Source of the DNA: Geosiphon pyriformis uo1
Taxonomy: Eukaryota; Fungi; Glomeromycota
Length of the DNA stretch: 64,000 nucleotides
Direction of reading: 5' to 3'
Assembly (NCBI GenBank): GCA_016748015.1
Contig: JAAOMT010000479.1
Span: 461,824 to 525,823 of the forward strand
Numbering within the stretch: the first letter of the stretch is position 1; every line of letters starts with the position of its first letter. The notes beneath the pieces were generated by a model. That model was not told the DNA's origin and searched no databases. It saw only the letters and a program-made list of their open reading frames with translations. The translations under genes and the position numbers were made by a program. This document shows positions 1 through 9,467 of the stretch, in pieces.

Positions 1-1839
1 AAGAACATCAAAAGTGCTGCAAGCCAGAGAGATCCTATCTAAAAAGATCTTGAAGAGAATCTTGTAGGCTGTTTCAATTAAAGCTATAGGATGGGTGTTC
101 ATGAGAACTCCCTCCCATTCATATGGTTTAGGAATCATCGAAACCCAAGCTTCTCTCCAAGGCCCAGGGACCAACTCACCAACCAAACAGAAATTCAAGA
201 GCACCAAAAGCATATCCAAAACAGATTTGTCACAATGTTTCCATAATTCGTTGGAGATACCAAAAAGACCAGCCGCTTTTCCATCAGGAAGATCCTTAAC
301 AACAGCTGACAATTCATCAAAACTAATCGAACACATGACATCAGAGAAAGCACCATCGAACATGTAATCCAGAGGCCAATATTGACGAGCCCAATCCTCA
401 GACAAGTCAGACACCACCTCATGTTTTCTGGTCCATCTCTTCATAATTTTGTCCATCTTAGACTTAACCAACACAGGCTCTAAAATCAACTCATCCTCTA
501 TAACCAAATGATCCAGGACCATCTTGCGAAAAGGACGCTCCAAAACACTCCTAATGGTATGACCCTTGTTCAGTTCAAAACTCTCCATCCTCTTACCAAT
601 AGCCTGCTTGATCAAGAATTCTTTAGCACACTTGGATTCCACTAATTTGTAGGAGTGGTATGATTTTCTTGCTTTGGCCAGCACAGAACAAATAAGATCA
701 AAATTAGAACCTGAAAGAAACAGAGACTTAACCGCCGATGCATCAGGGGAGTCGAGTCTGTGCCACACCTCCAACAAAGAAGCAAAACCATCACTAGAAG
801 CCAAATGCGAAGCCTTGACCAACTTAGAAACCAGTAGCTCCAGCTTGTGAAACCTAGAAGAAGTCTTGGTAAACACACCATCAAAATCTTTAAATTATTT
901 TTTCTTAAATGTACCACCTGCTGAAAGAACTATAATCTTGCGAACAATGTCCCACATAGCATCTACATCAGAAAATCTTACTGCCACACCAAAAGCATCC
1001 GAGAACAAAGAGACATTAGCAGCTAAGGCATTCCTGAACTCCAACCACTTAGCTTTACTGGCATTATTGACGTCAAACTTCCAATGGTCTTTATTTACTT
1101 GCTTGCAAAGAGAATTCAAACGCATATCCAAGAGCCTGTCCAAACCCAAATTCACTGAAACAGCTTGATGATCCGTGTCAAAATGCTTACTGACATTCAA
1201 AACTTCACAATGCACTATTGCATTGACAAGACTCGAGGAGACAAACACGTAATCAATTGTTTTCTTAACATCCCTAGAATTTTCCCAAGTGGGCTTTTTT
1301 GCAGCTGGGCTACCAACTAAAGAATTGACCAGACCCAAATCAAAGCATCTTTTGAAACTTGCACTTTTATGAGAGCCGTCTTCATTAAAATTGCCACCGA
1401 GAATGATGAAAGAAGATTCGTTGACAGCCTTCGCAATGAGAGAATTGATTTCACTAGCCTGAGAAAACCGAACCATTAAAGAAGCACCAGCATAAAGCCC
1501 CAAAATCGACACAGAAAGTTTACTCTTGAAAAGTAATTTAATGGAAAGAAGCCAACCAGGCACCTCAGAAACCTTGCACACATAACGAGCCAAAGAAATA
1601 TCCATGATAATGGCAACATCCACACCCAAGTGACCAGAGTCCAAACCAGAAGTGAACACTCAGACACCATCGAACTTGTCTACAATCCACGAACAAACCC
1701 TACTTCTTAATTTTGTTTCAGTAACAATAGAAACCAAATTGTTCATTTCCTTATGCTACCTAATAATGTCCTTTTGCTTAGCGGGATTGTTCATGCTCCT
1801 AACGTTGCACGTAGCAACTTTCCAGACTAAACTGCTCAT
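1..1839 (-). pseudogene. LINE-1 ORF2, 5' part (APE endonuclease to start of RT)
   Basis: ATG at 1839 reads MSSLVWKVATCNVRSMNNPAK. ORF 895..1659 carries the APE core. Internal stops are present. Confidence 0.9.
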
Positions 1840-3629
1840 TGGGTGAGGGGTAGAGACACCGAAAGCGCACTTATACTATCCACTTTGGCCGAAAGGCCCA
1901 GAACCATCTCCATTAGACACTTCATGCTGTCTTCCAGCTTAGACACTGAAGACACATTAAAAGACACTGCTCCCGCGACATTCCCACCACTAGTGAACAC
2001 ACCTGAACCCTTACTCATCACTACATCCGCCCCTTGATCCTGTGATGAAGGGGTCACCAACGGCTGACATCCAGGGCTAGGCTGGGGAACCATTGGCCCA
2101 AGTGCATTCAACCTCTTAGCCAGCTTACCAACTTGCTCTGCGAGGCTGGCGAGACTGCACTCAAGAGTGGCGAACCTATTGTTGACTTTCATTGCAACCT
2201 GTAGGGATGGCTTTATCTCCGAAGAGGAGCCATTATTCACTACAACGTTCTGACCAGAGAAGGGGGGCAAAAAACACCCACAAGCAACCTTTGCCCAAGA
2301 GAGACCACCAAAAGAAACCAAACAGGCAACTGGAGCCGAGCGTTTGGCATAGATGGTTGCTAGCCTGCTTTTATCCGTATCTGAGAAAACCCTACGCAGC
2401 GAACTATCAGAAGATAATTTCCCACCAACTGCACAACCCAATGACGTGTGACCCAATTTCTTACACTTGGTGCATTTAGCAGAAATGAGGCAAGACCAGC
2501 AGAGATTGGTGTTCCTGAGTACTGGTATGGTACCCACAGCAGTATCCAATGATTCAGCAGAGTTGAAACAAACAACAGCACACCTGGCCCGAGCATACAT
2601 AACAAAATGACGATCAATGACGCAAGTTTTCCCACCCACAGATCTAACAAAGTCCCAGATATCATGAGTGGTGGTCCCCATCGGCAATGTGTAGAGCAGT
2701 GCCCTATGTTGGTCCCTTACATCTCACGCTTCCTTGTCTGAATCAGTCTTAGCCACATGTACAGCATCTTTCCCGATTAAGATGGACCACTCAGCTGCGG
2801 TCAAATCAGCTTGATCCGATCATTCGAATTCCACCATCACCTTCTGCCACAGCCCGATCAACTGCATCTTGATTGCCTTAATAACTCCAAACTTGGATAG
2901 TGCAGCGTGTACAGTCTCAGTCAATGTTCCAACTGGAATTTCTTTCATGACCATAGCCCGATCTGATCACTCAGATGATCTCTTAAGATCAGTGTTTACC
3001 ATAATATTCGCACCAGTAGCCTTTTCAGTGGCCTTCATTAGATCTGATTTGGAAGTGAATGTTACTCTGATGATCCCTAAGAATTTTGAGGGGATAGATG
3101 CCCTCCCAAAACCATTAATTCCAGAAAATAAACTCCTGATCTTCTTGAGCTTCTCCTGGGCCAAATTTTCTTCTACTGCTTTTAGATCCAAATCCAAAGC
3201 AAATGACTTTCTAACTAAAACATTGACCAGGTTCTTAAGAGGAGGGGGAAGCACCAGAGAGGCATCCAGAAGAACATCATCATTATCATTGTCATCCAGG
3301 AAGTCGATCTTTCCCAAAGGTTTTCCCAATGCTTTCCTAGTTGTTAACTGCGAACCTTTCGGCATTTGATCCAAATCTCCACCAACGAGCGCACCACCTT
3401 CACCATAATCGAAACTTGTCTCCTCAACAAGACATTCCTCTTCCATATCAACACTGTTAGATTCTGTGATATCACCAGTCTCCGAACCCCATGAATGACC
3501 ACTATGTACCCTAGCAAAACCCTTTTCAGCACCAGCATTGTCCTCAAGAACACTGCCTCTTCTCTTTTTCCTTGACAGAACAGCCTTGAAACCACCCTCA
3601 GAGCCAAAACTTTTAACCGTCTGTTTCAT
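1836..3629 (-). pseudogene. LINE-1 ORF1 (gag-like, RRM-like region plus CCHC knuckle), disrupted by in-frame stops
   Basis: ORFs 2967..3629 and 1836..2687 are in the same frame. Knuckle CTKCKKLGHTSLGC fits CX2CX4HX4C. Confidence 0.88.
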
Positions 3630-4350
3630 GACAGCAATACTAGGGCCAACAACAGCCTCATAATCAAGCAGAAATGGTTTGGATTTATCATACTGAATGG
3701 TAAAAAACTTCTTTCAAAAAACTTTTGACTTTTTTTTTTAGGATTTGTGGAGGAATGAGAGAAAAAAGTTTTATTTATTTGCTTTAAATTACTAATTTTA
3801 AAAAATTTAAATATTGTTTTAAATTATAATATTATACAAAAAATTTTATTATTAAAATTTTTAAAATAATATTTAAATTAATTATTAAATAATTTTTAAT
3901 TTTTTTAATATTATAACTAGTTTATTTTGATGTTTTATATCTTTTTAGTAAACAATCTTAGTTTTTTAATTATTTTTTATATTATTTTTTGTGTTTTTTA
4001 CTAAGTAATTTTTAATGTTATAATTTTAATACTTTTTTTTAATCAATTAGTTTTAACAATAAAATAATAACAGAAAAAATAAAATAAAATAAATATAAGA
4101 AAAATAAAATTAGCAATTTATTAATAACTATAATTAAAACCTATTGTTTTAGTATTTTTTTTATTATATTTAATAAATAAAATCCAATTATAATCTAATA
4201 TAATATATTAAATTAAGTAATTTAAATTAGATGTAATTTATATATTTTTTACATATAATTATTTACTTAAATCAATTAAAACAACATTATATTGTTACTT
4301 GAGTAAAAAAACTAAATAAAAACTGTTAAAAAAATATAATTACTATGTAA

Positions 4351-4460
4351 AAACACAAAATAACATAAAATAATACAAAATAATATAAGTTAACATAAAA
4401 TAATACAAAATAATATAAGTTAACATAAAATAATACAAAATAATATAAAATAATACAAAA
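4351..4460 (+). repeat. Decamer minisatellite (TAACATAAAA/TAATACAAAA/TAATATAAGT) with a 30-bp higher-order unit, part of a dispersed repeat split by LINE-2
   Basis: Direct tandem repeats. The same array resumes at 21161-21230, and an unsplit copy lies at ~55060-55370 on the minus strand. Confidence 0.8.
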
Positions 4461-4581
4461 AAACTTTTTTTTTTCTTACTTTCAAAAATCCTCAAAAAAT
4501 GCATTTTTTGAAAAAGAAGTTTTTTATTTTTTCTTGTTAGTTTATATCAATATTTTTTTGCCTAATAATAACCCATTTTTC

Positions 4582-6465
4582 ATGAATTTGGAGGCTTCTA
4601 CAAGTAGCATCATATCTAAAAAGAAGGCATCCAAGGGTGTTTTTCATGGTTCTGCTAGTGGTTTTTTTTTTCAGAAGAAGAAAGTCATTCTTGGAAATAT
4701 TAAACACTTTGGTGATAAAAAGAATATCTCCTTAAGTAAATTTGGGCTTAGTAATAATGTGTACTCTGATATGGAAAGTCTATTTGGTGATAATAAAAAT
4801 ATTAGCATGTCTAGTGCAAATAGTAAGTCTCTTTTGGGCTCGGCTGCTACCATACTCAAGATAAAATGAGTCAATACTGGTGTTGTTTTTGGCTTTCCAC
4901 TCAGTTTTTCCAATTTTAGTATGGATAATGATAAAGTGGTTTTCTTTTCTTGCTTGTCTATCTCTTTTGACAAAAAGTGGATTGACCCTAAAATCATTAA
5001 AACTCCAGTAAAAGTGTCAATCAAAAAATTGTTTGCTTTAGATATTAATCTCTCAACTGTGGAAGAGAAATCAGTAATGGCAAAAACTCAATTGATTAGA
5101 AAATTTTTTTCTTCAGTCAATGGTTTTGGAGGAACCACTACTTCTTCAAAATTTGAGAGGATCATCAGATTTATTTTCATTTCAGAAAAGAGCATAGAAA
5201 TGGCTATGTTATTGGCCAGAGAAAAAGAGATCAATGTAAACAGTAATCTTAAAAAACAAAGAATGTGGTCAAATCAGGCTGTAGTAATTAAGAAAATTTT
5301 CATAGATACACCTAAAAATATGATTGTTGCCACAGTATCCGAATTTGGGGAAATTAAGTCAATCAAAATTCAATTAATTAGGATGTGGCAAAAGGCTGTA
5401 GTAGAATTTGCTGAATTGAACCAAGCTAATTTGTTGGTCTCAAAGTAATCATTTCTGATTAGAAAAATTCTGTACACATAGCCAAAGCTGTAAAAAATTG
5501 TGAAATTTGGGCATCTAAGGATCAGTTCAGGGTGCTTTTGTTTACTTTGCCAGTAGGAACAACAGCACATAATCTTGGAACTCTTTTGGAAAGGGCTGGT
5601 GAGAAAACCTGCATCATAAACAGATCTATGAAAACTGATAATAGGATTTGCTATGCTGTGGTTGGTTTTAATTCTGATGATAATTTGGAATTTGCTTTTC
5701 ACATAGAGCCTATTTTTGGTGGAATAAAATTATCTTGGGCTAGAATAAATTTGGTTTGCTATAAAAAATATGAGTGTTTTGGGCATTTAGCTCTTAAGTG
5801 TGATACTTTAGACATATTTGTGCTGCTATTATCTAAGAGATCATATAAAAAGATTGCTTCAGAGGAAGTTTGCTTTTGGCTCACTAAGTTGTACAAGAAA
5901 AAAGATGTTCTAATCTCTTGTCCTGCTGTCTTTGGTGGCAAATTTTGAGCCCAAGTGGTCTCGCTAGCTAATTTTTCTGGTGGTGCTTGCTTTAAGTCTG
6001 GTTCTAGTTTCTCTCCTCTTGGTGTCTCAAGTTTGGGTGGTACTCTTTCTCCCACTTCAGCTGATATCTTTGGCTTAAGTAATTGTTTGGCAGTTTTAAA
6101 ATGCTCTTTAGGGTTTTTGTCAGATCAGGTTTCTGTTTTATTGAAGAAGTTGAGCTTTGTAGAGTTGGTGCCCTTGACTACATCCTCTCCTGCTCCTTCT
6201 TTGGTTGCCTCTGTTTCTCTAACTCCTGTTTTGGATTCAAATATGGTTTTGGATAATGTATTGGTATTGTCCATTCTCTTTTTCCTTGCTGGTTTTAATG
6301 CAGTTGCTAATTTTAGCTCTAGTAGTTCTAAAGGTTCTGACCACCAAAATGGGTGGTTTGGAGTCAAAAATAGTGACTTTGGAGACATCAATTAATTTGG
6401 TTTTGGGAAGATTGAATCATCTGTGTTCTGGTTTGGGTTTGTCAGTTCCTTTTTTATTTCAATGA
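4582..6465 (+). pseudogene. LINE-2 ORF1, frameshifted and stop-disrupted
   Basis: Fragments 4534..4869, 4921..5448, 5532..5948, 5955..6395 and 6256..6465 align with LINE-1 and LINE-3 ORF1 (VNGFGGTTTSSKF, WQKAVVEF, TLPVGTTAHNL, decayed CCHC). Confidence 0.85.
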
Positions 6466-8473
6466 TCAGTTTGGTTTGAAAAATTGCTATATGCAATGCT
6501 CAGAGTATAAACAATCCTGCAAAGCAGAAAGATATAGTTCATTGGCACAAAGATATGGGCAATTTGATTTCAATTATTATTGAAACTAAGTTAAAAAGTA
6601 AGATCTGTCTGTAGATTGCTGATAAGTTTGATAATGTCTATGTCTTTACTTTTGGTATGAACTCTGGTTATTTGGGTTCTGGTGTTGTCATTATTATGAA
6701 CATTTCTCTGGCTTATTACGTGTGTAGAATTTTTAAGGTGCCTGGTCAGCTCTTTTCTATTAGGTTACTTTTCAAAAATAAACTTTCTGTTTTGATTTTG
6801 GGACTCTATGCTGGTGCTTCTTTTGTAGTTTGGTTCTCCCAAGCTGGTGATATTAATTCTCTGATTGCAAAGACTATGAATGAATTCTCTTTTGTCATCT
6901 TGGATGGTAATTTCAATGAAGATAGTTCTTACAGATGTGTGAGTTTCAGGAAGTGCCTTGGTTTGGAATTGGTCAATTTTTTGTTGGGAAGTCTAATTGT
7001 GAAAGATCTTACATAGATAAATTCAAAAGACATGGAAAAAACAATTGATTACATGTTCATTTTTTTGAATTTGATTAATGTGGTAATGGGTCACAATGTT
7101 GTGAATGTTAGTGAACACTTTGATACTGATTACAAAGCTGTTTCTGTTTCTGTTAGTTTGGATGAATTACTGAATATGCAACTGAACTCAGTGTACAAAC
7201 AAGTGAATAGAGATTGTTAGAAGTTTGACTTCAAAAATGCTGATGAGTTGAAATAGTATGAGTTTAAAAGCACTACAGTAGTTAATGCTGCTATGTTTTC
7301 AAATGAATTTGATATGTGTAAAAAGTTCTCAGATTTGAATATAATGTGGAACATTGTTTACAAAATTATGATCTTGTTAGCTAATGAAACATTTAAAAGA
7401 AAATGGTATAAGAGTTATACTGGGAAGTTCACCAAGAAATCTTCTAAATTTCACAGATTAGAGCTTTTGGTGTCAAAAATTGTCAGGTGTTTTTATCTGA
7501 GTCTTGAAGGTAAATTTACATTTCTGTTGAATCTTTGGTTTTCTTTGAATAACAATAATGTCTTAAATATCAGAACTCTTCTGGATTCTAGTGCCAACTT
7601 CAATTGTGTGCATTTTGCTTTTTTTAGAGTGAGAAAGTTATATCATGTCAGCAAACTTGCTGAATTTAAGAAAGCTGAAGAAACAAGCATTAGACATGTC
7701 ATTGATAGGAGGATAAAGAGTTTTGAGGTGAACAAAAGCCACATTATCAGAAGTGTTTTGGAATGTTCTTTCCAAAAAGTGGTTCTGAATTATCTGATAA
7801 TTGATAATGAACTGGTTCTAGAACCTGATTGAGTTAAAGCCAAGATGGATATAATCATGGAGGATTGGACCAGAAAACATGTGGTTGTTGCTAATGTATC
7901 TGGAAATTGGTGCCATTAATATCAACTTTTAGAGTATGTTTTTGATGAAGCCTTTTCAGGAGTAATATGCCCAATTGATTTTGATAAGTTGTTCAATGTG
8001 GTATCCAATCTTCTCAATAGTAAAGCTGCTAGGCTTTTTGGTATTTCTAATAAACTTTGAAAACATTGTGATAAGACCAATTTTGGATATGCTCTTAGAG
8101 CTCTTGAATTCTTGTTTAGTTAGTGAATTAGTGCCTAGTTCTTGGAAAGAGACTTGAGTGTCAATAATTTCTAAACTGTATGAATAGAAGGGTGTTCTAA
8201 TGAATACTCATCCTATTGCTTTAATTGAGACTACATGTAAAATTCTCTCTAAGGTTTTCTCTGATAAAATTTTGTTAACATACAGCATGTATGATGTTCT
8301 CTGTGAGAACAATTTTTTGGTTTTAAAGAGTACAATTACACAGTCTTTTATCTTTGCAATTTAATCAATAATCGAAGATGCATTGGAAAAAAACCATAAG
8401 CTATGGTTAATTTTGCAGAATATGCAAAAAATATATGATTTTGTTGAATGGGAGCATCTCAAAAAGAGCCTGA
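6462..8473 (+). pseudogene. LINE-2 ORF2, 5' part (APE plus N-terminal RT)
   Basis: LDGNFNED, KTIDYMF, DTDYKAV and PIALIET motifs. Ends at ...EHLKKSL at the LTR junction. Confidence 0.88.
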
Positions 8474-9453
8474 TGTTACCAGACAAAATTAGAGACATTA
8501 TTTAGCATGAAATTATCTTTATAATTCCCATCATTAATTAACATATATTATCATTTCAAATTATCACTTATTACATTAGCAAAATGTCCAAAATTATTAT
8601 TTAATTAATAACTCAATTTATATAAACACAAATGTAACCTAATTGTGATGATCAATTATGCAATACTCCAAACTATGTAACATTCAAAAAGTTTACCAAA
8701 ATTTGTAGAAATTCGCCGAAATAATTGATAGTTCACCAAAATATCTAATAGTTTGCAGAAATAACTTGTAGTCACCAAAATGTATCTTTAGTTCAGCGAA
8801 ATTGTAGAAAATAGCAAAGTTCAAGTTCATAAAATAGTGTTACGACAAGTTGTATAAAAGAAAAGCATCTCTCTTTGAGAAAATGTATCTTACTTTAGAT
8901 TTATCTCTTAAAACCATTCCTATATACACAAAAAGAAATAAATATCAAATAATTTGAAAAACCAAATTCTTTAATTATTGTACTTGGAAAATTCTCAAAA
9001 ACCCAACTAACATTTTGAAATTGATTAGCTACTAATTTCAGTAAACTGTTAGTGACTCCAGGCCTGGATAGAAAACGTTTCCCTTGACAGAATTCTATTT
9101 CTTTTACATTTTCTTTTATTTTTCTTTTCTTTTCTTAGTATAGTCATTAGGGTAGTCTACAGACGAGATTCCTGTAGAAGAGTTGACTTTCACAGCAAAG
9201 TAACTACACATATTTTGTGAGCTTCCAGATGAGCAATTCCTGGGAAAAAGTTAACGTTTACTACAATGTAACTACATAAAGTAACTGGCATGGAATTGGC
9301 CATTTCACTTATAAGCCCAGCAATTCAAATTATAGGAGATAATTTGAAGATAAATTCAGTTACTGGAAGATCAACCACATCCAAAAAACGTGAATTCACA
9401 ACAAACAGGCATCAACAACATTTAAGAAAAGAGACCAAAAACCTCTGGTAACA
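8474..9453 (+). repeat. Gypsy-1 5' LTR
   Basis: Direct repeat of 17368-18346 with 7-bp terminal inverted repeats and TATAAAAG at 8853-8860. Confidence 0.97.
8691..8860 (+). promoter_or_regulatory. U3 array of six TTC-N3-GAA-type units at 20-bp period, followed by a TATA box
   Basis: Units start at 8691, 8711, 8731, 8751, 8771 and 8791 (17585-17697 in the 3' LTR). TATAAAAG at 8853. Confidence 0.6.
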
Positions 9454-9455
9454 TT

Positions 9456-9467
9456 TGGTGCTCTCCC
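9456..9467 (+). promoter_or_regulatory. Primer binding site (TGGTGCTCTCCC); tRNA not assigned
   Basis: TGG begins 2 nt after the 5' LTR and is complementary to a tRNA ending ...GAGAGCACCA. Confidence 0.8.

Larger units (their letters stand above)
1..3768 (-). mobile_element. LINE-1: APE-type non-LTR retrotransposon, least decayed copy; runs off the window start
   Basis: 5' end CTTTTTTCTCTCATT at ~3768, then ORF1 and ORF2 with APE endonuclease motifs (ATCNVR, LGGNFNED, KTIDYVFVS, DTDHQAV) and the start of RT (IPKPYEWEGVLMNTHPIALIET). Colinear with the other LINE copies. Confidence 0.93.

Noticed and set aside
95-3607. Antisense and alternate-frame ORFs over LINE-1 (e.g. 2869..3369, 866..1168)
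   Set aside because: Shadows of ORF1/ORF2; the same applies to the short antisense ORFs over the other TEs and host genes.
4351-4460. Regular repeats as a CRISPR array or telomere
   Set aside because: Contiguous AT-rich decamers with no unique spacers or cas genes, interstitial, in a eukaryotic context.
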